From: an uncultured Chromatiales bacterium
GTDB taxonomy: Bacteria > Pseudomonadota > Gammaproteobacteria > JACKNK01 > CAYPEH01
Assembly (NCBI GenBank): GCA_964409585.1
Contig: CAYPEH010000001.1
Span: 1 to 41,630, forward strand
Length of the DNA stretch: 41,630 nucleotides
Direction of reading: 5' to 3'
Shown: piece after piece, positions 21,906 to 30,213 of the stretch
Numbering within the stretch: the first letter of the stretch is position 1
How the letters are laid out: the number at the start of each line of letters is the position of its first letter
Made by a program: the position numbers and the translations under genes
Notes under the pieces: generated by a model
Databases searched by the model: none
What the model was told of the DNA's origin: nothing
The model's input: the letters and a program-made list of their open reading frames with translations, nothing else

Positions 21906-23419
21906 GACACCACCTCGCCGAAGAATTCCGCCACCAGGCGGCGGTCGCTGAAGGGCAGACGCTCGTCGCCCACCAGTTGCCAGGTCTCGTGCCCCTTGCC
22001 GGCCACCAGCACCATGTCTCCCGCCCCGGCCTGCTCCAGGGCCAGGGCGATGGCCGCGGCGCGGTCGCGCAACACCACCGCCGCCCGCGGATCGTCCATG
22101 CCCGCGAGGATGTCCTGGACGATACCCTCCGGGTCTTCGTGCCGGGGATTGTCGTCGGTCACCACCACCCGGTCGGCAAGCCGTTCGGCAATGGCACCCA
22201 TCAGCGGCCGCTTGCCGCGATCCCGGTCACCACCGCAACCGAACACGCACCAGACCTGGCCGGTGCAGTGGGCACGCACCGCCGTCAGGGCTTGCTCCAG
22301 CGCACCGGGGGTGTGCGCGTAATCGACCACCGCCACAGGCAGTTCCGGACCACCATGGAAACGCTCCATGCGGCCGGGAACGGTGCGGGTATGGGCCAGG
22401 CGGCGCAGGGCCTCCGGCAAGGGGATGTCCAGAGCCAGCAGCACGCCCAGCACGCCCAGCAGGTTTTCCGCATTGAAACGCCCCAGCAGACGGCTGTGCA
22501 GATGCCCCTGTCCCCAGTCGGTATGCACGTCCAGATCCATTCCGGAGGCCTTTTGCCGCAGTTCCTTTCCCCACACCAGATGGGCCTCGCCGGGCGGACA
22601 GCGGTTGGGATCGAGGCAGCAGGCGATACCCTCCACCCCATCGGGCAGATCGGCCAGCAGGCGCCGACCGAAGGCATCGTCGGCATTGATAACGGCGTGG
22701 CGCAGACCCTCGGCCCGGAACAGGCGCGCCTTGGCGGCGCCGTAGCTTTCCACGTCGCCGTGGTAATCCAGGTGATCACGGCCCAGGTTGGTGAACAGGG
22801 CCACATCGAAGGCCACCCCGCTCACCCGGCCCTGATCGAGGCCGTGGGAAGAAACCTCCATCACCACGCGGCGGGCGCCACGGGAGGCCATGTCGTGCAA
22901 CAGGGCGTGCAGGGTGACCGGATCCGGGGTGGTATGGGTCGATGCCTCCAGTTCACCGAACAGGCCATTGCCCAGGGTTCCGATCACGCCGCAGGCGGCA
23001 CCATCCTGATGCAGGGCCTGGGAGAGGAAGTGACTGCACGAGGTCTTGCCGTCGGTACCGGTGATGCCCACCACGGTCAGGCGCTGGGAGGGATGATGGT
23101 AGAAACGGTCGGCGATGGCACCGGCGAGCCTGGACAGCCCGGCCACCGCCACCACGGGGATATCCAGATCGGGACGGTCGACGCCATCGGCGGGTTCCCA
23201 GGCCACTGCGGCGGCACCCCGTTGCAAGGCCTCGTCCAGGTGGTCCAGGCCATGGCCACGGGTACCGGAGACGGCCAGGAAGAGGTCACCGGGGACAATG
23301 CGCCGGCTGTCCATGGCCAGACCGGTGATATCCACGTCGGCGGCATCGCGCAGATCCCCCCATCCTTCCAGCAGGGAATGCAGGCCGCGCCCCTGTTCCA
23401 TGCGATATGCCGCCATCAT
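21902..23419 (-). CDS. murE: UDP-MurNAc-L-Ala-D-Glu--2,6-diaminopimelate ligase MurE
   Basis: 505 aa. ITGTDGKTS motif and a DNPR motif (VVVTDDNPRHEDP), consistent with meso-DAP-adding MurE. Confidence 0.95.
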   Translation of the reverse strand: MMAAYRMEQGRGLHSLLEGWGDLRDAADVDITGLAMDSRRIVPGDLFLAVSGTRGHGLDHLDEALQRGAAAVAWEPADGVDRPDLDIPVVAVAGLSRLAGAIADRFYHHPSQRLTVVGITGTDGKTSCSHFLSQALHQDGAACGVIGTLGNGLFGELEASTHTTPDPVTLHALLHDMASRGARRVVMEVSSHGLDQGRVSGVAFDVALFTNLGRDHLDYHGDVESYGAAKARLFRAEGLRHAVINADDAFGRRLLADLPDGVEGIACCLDPNRCPPGEAHLVWGKELRQKASGMDLDVHTDWGQGHLHSRLLGRFNAENLLGVLGVLLALDIPLPEALRRLAHTRTVPGRMERFHGGPELPVAVVDYAHTPGALEQALTAVRAHCTGQVWCVFGCGGDRDRGKRPLMGAIAERLADRVVVTDDNPRHEDPEGIVQDILAGMDDPRAAVVLRDRAAAIALALEQAGAGDMVLVAGKGHETWQLVGDERLPFSDRRLVAEFFGEVVS

Positions 23420-25140
23420 GCCCGGCCCTCCGGTTTCGTGCGCAAGGCGGTCACACCCGGCAGATCGTCCGGGGGAACGTTGAACAGGCGCAGTGCCGCC
23501 TTCATGACGCGGGAGAACACCGGCGCGGCCACCTGACCGCCGTAGTATTCGTCGCCGGCCGGCTCATCCAGCATCACCACCATCACCAAACGCGGGGCGC
23601 TGGCTGGCACCATGCCCGCGAACACCGCCACGTGGCGGTCCTCGGCATAGCCACCGGCCACCGACTTACGCACCGTACCGGTCTTGCCGGCCACACGGTA
23701 TCCGGGAATGGCGGCACGGCGCCCGGTGCCCTCCGGTCCCACCACATGCTCCATCATGGCGCGCACGGCCCGGGCGGTGTCGGCCGACAGGACCCGCGTC
23801 GCCGCCACCGGCTGATCCGTCTTCACCAGTGACACCGGCCTCAGCTCGCCATCGGCGGCCAGCACCGAATAGGCGCGGGCCAGTTGCAACACGCTGGTGG
23901 ACAGTCCGTAGCCGAAGGACAGGGTGGCCTGCTCGAAACGGCTCCAATGGGTGTAATGGGGCAGATCACCAATGGCCTCACCGGGGAAACCGCTCTCCGG
24001 CAGCCAGCCGAAGCCCACACCGGAAAGCAACCCGTAAAAGAAACCGGGGTCCAGGGAAAGAGCGATCTTGCTCGCACCCACGTTGCTGGACTTGGCGATC
24101 ACGCGGGTCACGTCCAGCTCGCCATAGTCGCGCACGTCACGCACCCATTGCCGCCCCACCTTGTACCGACCCGGGTGGGTATCGATGAGGGTACCGGGCC
24201 GGTAGAGGCCGCTTTCCAGTCCCGCCGCCACGGTAAAGGGCTTGAGGGTGGAACCCGGTTCGAACAGATCGGTAACGGCACGATTGCGGAACAGGGCGGG
24301 TTTGAGCGCCTTGCGGTTGTTGGGATTGAACGACGGCTGGTTGACCATGGCCAGGATTTCACCTGTACGCGCATCCAGCACCACTGCCGATCCGCTCTGC
24401 GCCCGGTGCTGGGCCACGGCCGCCTTGAGGGCACGATAGGCCAGATACTGCAAACGACGGTCGATGGTCAGGGCGAGATCCTTGCCCGGCTGGGGTTCGA
24501 CCCGGCCAGGGGCATCCTCGACCACACGGCCGATGCGATCCTTGAGCACCTGGGTCTTGCCGGGAATGCCGCGCAGCCATTCGTCGTAGGCCAGCTCCAT
24601 GCCTTCCTGTCCATGGTCGTCGATATCGGTAAACCCCACCAACTGGCCGCTCACCTCACCGCTCGGATAGTAACGGCGGTATTCACGTTGCAGGTTCACG
24701 CCCGGAACCTCCAGGGCGGCCACGCGCTGCGCGGCCTCGGGCGTCAGGTGCCGGCGCAGGTAGACGAAGCGCCGGCTGGCGCGGTCGGTGAGATAGCGCA
24801 GCAGGTGGCTTTTCTTCATGCCCAGAGCGTCTGCCAGTTCACCGATGCGTTTTTTCGCCCGCAGGGTTTCGGTGGGATCACACCAGACCGAGGAAACCGG
24901 TGCGCTCACCGCCAGGGGCTCGCCATTGCGATCGGTGATCATGCCGCGATGGGCCGGCAGTTCGATGGTGCGCAGGGCACGGGCATCCCCTTCGCCCTGC
25001 AGGAAGTCCGTGCGCAACACCTGCAAATCGACCATGCGCCAGATCAGCACGCCCACCACAAAGGCGCACATCAGCAGCACCACGATAAAACGGCCGGTAT
25101 AGAGCGGCGTGGGCGTTGTCCTGAGGCTTTCCTGGTTCAC
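23416..25140 (-). CDS. ftsI: division-specific transpeptidase FtsI (PBP3)
   Basis: TM segment FIVVLLMCAFVVGVLIW and transpeptidase motifs STLKP, SSN and KTGT. GTG 25140 overlaps the ftsL stop (GTGA). The longer ORF to 25272 would overlap ftsL by 136 nt and is rejected. Confidence 0.93.
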   Translation of the reverse strand: MNQESLRTTPTPLYTGRFIVVLLMCAFVVGVLIWRMVDLQVLRTDFLQGEGDARALRTIELPAHRGMITDRNGEPLAVSAPVSSVWCDPTETLRAKKRIGELADALGMKKSHLLRYLTDRASRRFVYLRRHLTPEAAQRVAALEVPGVNLQREYRRYYPSGEVSGQLVGFTDIDDHGQEGMELAYDEWLRGIPGKTQVLKDRIGRVVEDAPGRVEPQPGKDLALTIDRRLQYLAYRALKAAVAQHRAQSGSAVVLDARTGEILAMVNQPSFNPNNRKALKPALFRNRAVTDLFEPGSTLKPFTVAAGLESGLYRPGTLIDTHPGRYKVGRQWVRDVRDYGELDVTRVIAKSSNVGASKIALSLDPGFFYGLLSGVGFGWLPESGFPGEAIGDLPHYTHWSRFEQATLSFGYGLSTSVLQLARAYSVLAADGELRPVSLVKTDQPVAATRVLSADTARAVRAMMEHVVGPEGTGRRAAIPGYRVAGKTGTVRKSVAGGYAEDRHVAVFAGMVPASAPRLVMVVMLDEPAGDEYYGGQVAAPVFSRVMKAALRLFNVPPDDLPGVTALRTKPEGRA

Positions 25141-25418
25141 CGGACCGCACCCACCCTTGCAATCACGCTTTCGCCGGCATCGGGCATGCGCATGCCCAGA
25201 CGGCGGCGCGCAATCGGTTCCACCCGTGCATGGTCGGCCAAAGTGCTCTGCTCCAGTTGCAGACGCCCCCATTCCACCTGCATCGCGTCACGCTGGCGGT
25301 TGAGTTCCTGCAACTGGACGAATTCCTTGCGTGCGGCATGCTTGGCGTAGACCACACCCAGCGACGAACCGACGGCCAGCAACACCATCAGGCCCAGCAG
25401 GATCAGACGGGCATTCAT
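25137..25418 (-). CDS. ftsL: cell division protein FtsL
   Basis: 93 aa. An N-terminal TM segment ([20 protein letters not shown]) followed by a coiled-coil region ([23 protein letters not shown]). Lies between rsmH and ftsI. Confidence 0.9.
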   Translation of the reverse strand: MNARLILLGLMVLLAVGSSLGVVYAKHAARKEFVQLQELNRQRDAMQVEWGRLQLEQSTLADHARVEPIARRRLGMRMPDAGESVIARVGAVR

Positions 25419-26347
25419 GCCACTTTCTCCGCAATACGCAGCACGGCACTGCGTGCACGCGGATTTTCCGCCTGCTCCCGCTCACCGGCACGGATGGCCT
25501 TGCCGATGCCGCGCAGGCGGATATTCCGTTCCACTTCACGAACGGGCAGATCCGGAGGCAATTCAGGCCCCCTGCTTTCGCTGCGGATAAACCGTTTCAC
25601 CCGCCGGTCTTCCAGGGAATGGAAACTGATCACCACCAGACGCCCCCCGGGCGCCAGCAGATCCACACAGGAGGAAAGGAACTCGTCCAGTTCCTCCAGT
25701 TCACCATTGACATGGATGCGGATGGCCTGGAAGCTGCGGGTGGCGGGATGTTTCCTGCGCTCGCGGGAGGGAACGGCGGCGGCGATGAGATCGGCCAGTT
25801 GCCTGGTGGTGACAATCGGCTGCCTTTCGCGCTCACGCACGATGGCGCGGGCAATGCGGCGGGCGAAACGCTCTTCGCCGTATTCCTTGAGCACACGGGC
25901 GATGTCACCCTCGTCGGCTCGGGCCAGCCACTGGGCGGCACTCTCCCCCGTCTCGGGGTCCATGCGCATGTCCAGGGGGCCGTCACGCAGGAAACTGAAA
26001 CCCCGCCCGGCGTCATCCAACTGGGGCGAGGAGACGCCCAGGTCGAGCAGCATGCCATCCACGCCCCCGGCCAGATTCTGTTCCCGCACCACCGACTCGA
26101 CCATGGTGAACGACCCCCGGAAAATGGAAAACCGCCTGTCCCCGCCAAAACGTTCCCGCGCCACTTCAACCGCCTGCGGATCCTTGTCGAATGCCAGCAG
26201 ACGCCCTTGCGGCCCCAACAGCGCCAGGATGGCGCCACTGTGACCGCCGCGGCCGAAAGTGCCGTCCACATAGATCCCTTCCGGACGCACCCGCAAGGCA
26301 TCGAGTGCCTCACGAAGCAGAACCGGCCGATGCACGACCGGTTCCAT
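25415..26347 (-). CDS. rsmH: 16S rRNA (cytosine1402-N4)-methyltransferase RsmH (MraW)
   Basis: [13 protein letters not shown]...[12 protein letters not shown] and the [11 protein letters not shown] motif. ATG 26347 overlaps the mraZ stop (TGATG). The longest ORF start at 26455 is rejected. Confidence 0.95.
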   Translation of the reverse strand: MEPVVHRPVLLREALDALRVRPEGIYVDGTFGRGGHSGAILALLGPQGRLLAFDKDPQAVEVARERFGGDRRFSIFRGSFTMVESVVREQNLAGGVDGMLLDLGVSSPQLDDAGRGFSFLRDGPLDMRMDPETGESAAQWLARADEGDIARVLKEYGEERFARRIARAIVRERERQPIVTTRQLADLIAAAVPSRERRKHPATRSFQAIRIHVNGELEELDEFLSSCVDLLAPGGRLVVISFHSLEDRRVKRFIRSESRGPELPPDLPVREVERNIRLRGIGKAIRAGEREQAENPRARSAVLRIAEKVA

Positions 26348-26808
26348 CAGAACTTCAGATCCGCCAGTGCCGACCCCTGTCCGCCGGCACCTGGTGTCGG
26401 CCTGGCCAACTCCACCCACTGATCGCGCATGGACAACCAGACCTCTTCGTCCCACAGCTCCAGCTTGTTCATCTGCCCGACCAACACCACGCGCTTGTCG
26501 ATGCCGGCGTATTCACGCAACGGCTGGGGCAGCAGGATGCGGCTGTGCCCATCCATCTCGCACTCGGTGGCATATCCCACCAGCAGGCGTTGCAGGCTGC
26601 GGGCCTGGGGATCCATGGTGGGGAGATTCATCAGGCGCTGCTCGATGACCTGCCATTCGGAGGCGGTGTACAGCAGCAGGCAGCTTTCGAAGTCCACCGT
26701 CAGCACCAGGCCGCCCGCATCCTCGCGCAGGCGGTCGCGATACTTGGCCGGTATCGCCAACCGGCCCTTGGCATCGACGCTGAGGTGATTGACCCCTCGA
26801 AATAACAT
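26347..26808 (-). CDS. mraZ: transcriptional regulator MraZ
   Basis: 153 aa. [20 protein letters not shown] plus a second half with [14 protein letters not shown] (duplicated SpoVT/AbrB-like halves). SD GGGGAGGA lies upstream. Confidence 0.96.
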   Translation of the reverse strand: MLFRGVNHLSVDAKGRLAIPAKYRDRLREDAGGLVLTVDFESCLLLYTASEWQVIEQRLMNLPTMDPQARSLQRLLVGYATECEMDGHSRILLPQPLREYAGIDKRVVLVGQMNKLELWDEEVWLSMRDQWVELARPTPGAGGQGSALADLKF

Positions 26809-26850
26809 CCATCCTCCCCTTGATCCGGATCGGGTGAGTTGGGGTTTTTA

Positions 26851-26875
26851 TCCCAGTTTTTCCCACTCCGACCCA
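26851..26875 (-). promoter_or_regulatory. MraZ operator: three TGGGN direct repeats with 5-nt spacers
   Basis: The minus strand reads TGGGT cggag TGGGA aaaac TGGGA, starting 9 nt downstream of the -10 element. This is the same architecture as the described E. coli MraZ-binding repeats. Confidence 0.75.
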
Positions 26876-26884
26876 CTATGTTGC

Positions 26885-26913
26885 ACTTTAGGCAACGAAA
26901 TCAGGGGTGTCAA
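26885..26913 (-). promoter_or_regulatory. sigma70-type dcw promoter (Pmra-like)
   Basis: The minus strand reads TTGACA (26913-26908), a 17-nt spacer and TAAAGT (26890-26885), about 80 nt upstream of the mraZ ATG. Confidence 0.7.
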
Positions 26914-27106
26914 GCAAACTTTTCTTTTGCGACAGGGACTTACAGGCGACATTCAAAGCGCTGGACAAACCTGTAGCGGCACAGATTCTCGCCGCCAGAT
27001 CAAACGATTGAAGACAGAACTTAAAGTGGATTATGAAGATTGGGCCCGCCAGGGGGGGGGACAAAGTGGGAAAAATGATTTCCGGCGACAGGACAGACCT
27101 GAAAGA

Positions 27107-27463
27107 GGTGGGAGTCGGCCTGTAAGCCGGGTTCTGTCGAGGGCAGCCATTCATCTGGGACACGCGTCACCGCGTGCCTCAAGCAACCTACCCGGGTGCG
27201 ATGCGGGCCACATCATTGCACCCCTATTTGGTCTTGCTCCGAGTGAGGTTTACCGTGCCGCGGAATGTTGCCACCCGCGCGGTGCGCTCTTACCGCACCT
27301 TTTCACCCTTGCCTGTGCCGGCGAACCGGCCATCGGCGGTCTGTTTTCTGTGGCACTGTCTGTAGGCTCACGCCCCCCAGGCGTTACCTGGCACTCCGCC
27401 CTATGGAGCCCGGACTTTCCTCCATGCCCTCGCGGGCACAGCGACTGCCTGGCCGACTCCCAC
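27107..27463 (-). ncRNA. rnpB: RNase P RNA, bacterial type A
   Basis: The minus strand contains GGAAAGTCCGGGCTCCATAGGGC...GCCAGGTAACGCCTGGGGGG...GGTGAAAAGGTGCGGTAAGAGCGCACCGCGCGG...CACGGTAAAC...GAGCAAGACCAAATAGGGG...ACAGAACCCGGCTTACAGGCCGACTCCCACC, collinear with E. coli M1 RNA. P1 pairs GGGAGTCGGCC with GGCCGACTCCC. Ends are accurate to about 5 nt. Confidence 0.95.
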
Positions 27464-27468
27464 CCATT

Positions 27469-27497
27469 ACGGTACGCAGTGCGGGCGAAAAGTTCAA
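27469..27497 (-). promoter_or_regulatory. possible rnpB promoter
   Basis: The minus strand reads TTGAAC (27497-27492), a 17-nt spacer and TACCGT (27474-27469). This places a start about 7 nt downstream, at the first P1 nucleotides. The -10 is weak. Confidence 0.35.
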
Positions 27498-27505
27498 AAT
27501 TCGGA

Positions 27506-27592
27506 GCCTGAATCCGTGGGTTCAGAGGGGATGCAGAGCGCAAGCTCTTGATCCGCCTGGCTACAGGAACCTCTGAACCCACGGATTCAGGC
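27506..27592. repeat. 87-nt palindromic element (perfect 23-bp arms) overlapping the yqaA stop codon
   Basis: gcctgaatccgtgggttcagagg (27506-27528) is the exact reverse complement of 27570-27592. The 41-nt loop holds a nested agagc-GCAA-gctct hairpin. It probably acts as the yqaA terminator/stabiliser. Confidence 0.8.
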
Positions 27593-28000
27593 AGAGACCA
27601 ACCACAACAGGGCGGCATAACGCGCCCCCTTGCCGGATGTGATCAGCAACAGGGACAGCCGCCAGTCGATCCGCAGCCAGCCGGCGGCCAGACAGAGCGG
27701 GTCACCGATCAGCGGCAGCCAGGACAACAACAGGGCGGGACTACCCCATCGGCGCAGCCGTTCGACCGCAACACGGTGCTTCTCCCCGGAAAGCCCTCCG
27801 GCCGGATAGCGCCAGGCGATGACCCTTCCGATCAGCCAGGTACTCATGCCGCCCAGGCTATTACCGGCGGTGGCCACCGCCCAAAGGGACAGCCATGTGT
27901 AGTCATCGGCCAGCAGCCAGAGAACGGCCTCGGAACCACCGGGAAAGAGGGTGGAAGAAATAAAGGCGCTGGTGAACAGCGTCCAGAGGCCCGTTGCCAT
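27587..28000 (-). CDS. yqaA: YqaA-family (DedA-superfamily) inner-membrane protein
   Basis: 137 aa. Collinear with E. coli YqaA: LFPGGSEAVL, GNSLGGMSTW, LLLSWLPLIGDPLCLAAGW and GKGARY. A GAGG SD lies 4 nt upstream of the ATG. Confidence 0.88.
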   Translation of the reverse strand: MATGLWTLFTSAFISSTLFPGGSEAVLWLLADDYTWLSLWAVATAGNSLGGMSTWLIGRVIAWRYPAGGLSGEKHRVAVERLRRWGSPALLLSWLPLIGDPLCLAAGWLRIDWRLSLLLITSGKGARYAALLWLVSA

Positions 28001-28025
28001 CGCGCCTCAATCGCCCATTCCCGGC

Positions 28026-30020
28026 TCAACGCCGCAAAGAAACCAAACGCCGACGCAACTGGTCGAACAACCGGGTGAAATGCTGTTGCGCGGTGGTATC
28101 GAATATTTCCGCTGGTCTTTCCCCCATTTGCTGAAGGAATGCACGCGCGGGCTCGGAGCGGTCGAAGTGGATCCGATGGCGGGCCAGGGCCTGCCGGTAA
28201 TGCTCGACGATGTTGCCCGCCGTCTCCGGCTTGCCGAGACGCTTGCGCCCAAGCCGTGATCGATAGGCGGCCAGCACCAGCGCATGGTAGGCGTCCACGC
28301 CCAGCAGGTCTTCGACGCAGGCGGGGTGGGCACCGCTGATATCACCATAGGAACACAGGCGGTCCTCGCCACGCAGAGCCTCGCGCAACCCGGCCCTTTC
28401 ACTGACATGGCCATTGCCCAGCAGCACCACCAGCCTGCCCGCGCGGGCCGTCAGCAGGGCCCCCGCGTACACCAGCCCATGGGCTCCACCGGCGGGGAAG
28501 ATCTTGACCCCTTCGGGCAGGCCTTTGTCACCGTTGGCATTGAGGTAGTCGGAGGCCGCCTGCAGGAACCACAGTTCCGCCACCTCCTCGACCACCACGT
28601 ACTTGTGATCACCGAACAGGCCGTCGGCTATCTCGTAACCCAAGGCAGTCTGGATGGGGAACAGGGTCTGTTCATCACCGGTGGGCGTGTTGTGCACCAC
28701 GCTGCCGTCCTCCGGAGAGGCGATCACGGTGCGCACGGAATCCAGGTCGCTGGCCGCGATCATGAACGGCGAATGGGTGGCATAGAGAATCTGGTTCTCA
28801 AAGTGGTCCTTGAAATAGCGCAGCATGTCCTGCTGCCCCAGGGCGTGCAGGTGCAGGCCCGGCTCGTCCAGCAGCAGGATGGCGTTCTCCGCCGGGCCGC
28901 CATCGGTATCGGCGGCAAAGGTGACGAACAGGGAGAAGAACCAGCGAAAGCCGCGGCTGCGCTCCTGAAGATTCACTTCCAGGTCATACAGGGCGCCGGG
29001 GTCGGACACCATGGTATCGAAGTGATCGCCGTCAATGCTGAAACGGATCTTCAACGGCCGGTCGCTCCACAGCTCGTGCAGCTTGCGGGTGATGGTGGCA
29101 CTGGCTCGGCTGACGCGCTGCTGACGGCGCGTGTAGTCGTCATCGTTGGCCAGCCTGTCCAGTTCCACCGGGTCCAGCCCGGCCACCTTCATCAACCGCG
29201 CGAACATCCGGTCAGCGGTGGTCTGACGCCCCTCCTGGGTACGGCGGATGAAATCGGGGATGTTCTGCCGCCCTTCCAGGGCGGGCACGTCGCGGATGTA
29301 GACGAATACCGGCAGGCGGCGGATGATCCAGTTGATGGCCTCGATGTGTGCCTTGCCATCGCCCAGCAATTCATCCAACAACTCCCTGATGGCCTCGAGG
29401 CCATTGGCGGCTGAACGTGGCATGCGCACGCCGAGCCCGGACACTTCCTCCTCCAGGGCATATACCGCTTCCCGGACGGCCCCGGCCCAACTGGCGGCCT
29501 GGGTATGATCCTCGCCCAATACGGCCAGGAAATCGTCCAGAGCATTTTCCAGATCCTCGGCATCCTCATCCTCGCGGTCACGGGCCACCGCCCTCAGGGA
29601 GCGCTCGACACGGCGCAGGGCCTTTTCCAGCCGTTCCTGATCCACCACCAGGGGCGGCAGCCCGGGAAACCCCACATAGACCGTCGGTTTGTAGGCACGC
29701 CCGACAGTGATCCGCTCCACGGTGCGCGCCCGCGGAAACAGGCGGGCCAGTTCCTCGCGTTCCTCCTCATCCAGTTCCCAGTGACTTTCCACCACACGCA
29801 GGTCGCGGGAAAACTCGTCAGGATCGTAATCACGGGGAAAATCGGTGATGTCGGACAGTTCACGGATACCACCGGCCGGATTGAGACTCTCCAGGGCACG
29901 CAGCAAATTGGTCTTTCCGCTTTCGTTTCGCCCGACGAGAGCCACGTGCTGCCCCACCTCGATGAGGCCACTGTCGATGATGGAGCGGTAATTTTTGATT
30001 CGGAACTGCGTGAGTCTCAT
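28026..30020 (-). CDS. OLD-family-like ABC-type ATPase with C-terminal TOPRIM_OLD-like domain (candidate defence protein)
   Basis: 664 aa from ATG 30020 (GGAGA 10 nt upstream); the longest ORF starts at TTG 30086. It has FRIKNYRSI, Walker A GRNESGKT (aa 30-37), a ~320-aa acidic helical insert, the signature-like ERSRGFRWFFSL, Walker B ILLLDEPGLHLH (aa 381-392) and the H-loop YATHSPF. The TOPRIM-like part has YVVVEEVAELWFL, FPAGGAHGL, VVLLGNGH (where DxD is expected) and ACVEDLL. Confidence 0.8.
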   Translation of the reverse strand: MRLTQFRIKNYRSIIDSGLIEVGQHVALVGRNESGKTNLLRALESLNPAGGIRELSDITDFPRDYDPDEFSRDLRVVESHWELDEEEREELARLFPRARTVERITVGRAYKPTVYVGFPGLPPLVVDQERLEKALRRVERSLRAVARDREDEDAEDLENALDDFLAVLGEDHTQAASWAGAVREAVYALEEEVSGLGVRMPRSAANGLEAIRELLDELLGDGKAHIEAINWIIRRLPVFVYIRDVPALEGRQNIPDFIRRTQEGRQTTADRMFARLMKVAGLDPVELDRLANDDDYTRRQQRVSRASATITRKLHELWSDRPLKIRFSIDGDHFDTMVSDPGALYDLEVNLQERSRGFRWFFSLFVTFAADTDGGPAENAILLLDEPGLHLHALGQQDMLRYFKDHFENQILYATHSPFMIAASDLDSVRTVIASPEDGSVVHNTPTGDEQTLFPIQTALGYEIADGLFGDHKYVVVEEVAELWFLQAASDYLNANGDKGLPEGVKIFPAGGAHGLVYAGALLTARAGRLVVLLGNGHVSERAGLREALRGEDRLCSYGDISGAHPACVEDLLGVDAYHALVLAAYRSRLGRKRLGKPETAGNIVEHYRQALARHRIHFDRSEPARAFLQQMGERPAEIFDTTAQQHFTRLFDQLRRRLVSLRR

Positions 30021-30118
30021 CTGTTGTACGTCTCCGGAACCACCGGTCCAGCCGGGCATCCGGGCTATCGGAGCGCCGCCCTGCAAAGACGGCAGCTCGA
30101 TCCTTTGGGGTCAACCAT

Positions 30119-30146
30119 GGAAAACGGCCCTGGTAATGCCAGGGCC
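30119..30146 (-). terminator. Rho-independent terminator (minus strand), ~230 nt downstream of adk and ~100 nt upstream of the ATPase gene
   Basis: The minus strand reads GGCCCTGG-catta-CCAGGGCC followed by GTTTTCC. Confidence 0.6.
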
Positions 30147-30213
30147 GAATACTCTCTATGTACGGGAGGCCTTTTTCTTTTTCGCTCCGGCCTTTCTCTT
30201 CGATTTGACCTTA

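Noticed and set aside
27052-27060. G9 homopolymer (C9 on the minus strand) between the rnpB 3' end and the dcw promoter, considered as a phase-variation tract
   Set aside because: It lies in neither a coding frame nor a promoter spacer (about 140 nt upstream of the -35), so there is no obvious switchable target. It is noted only as a potential sequencing-error hot spot.
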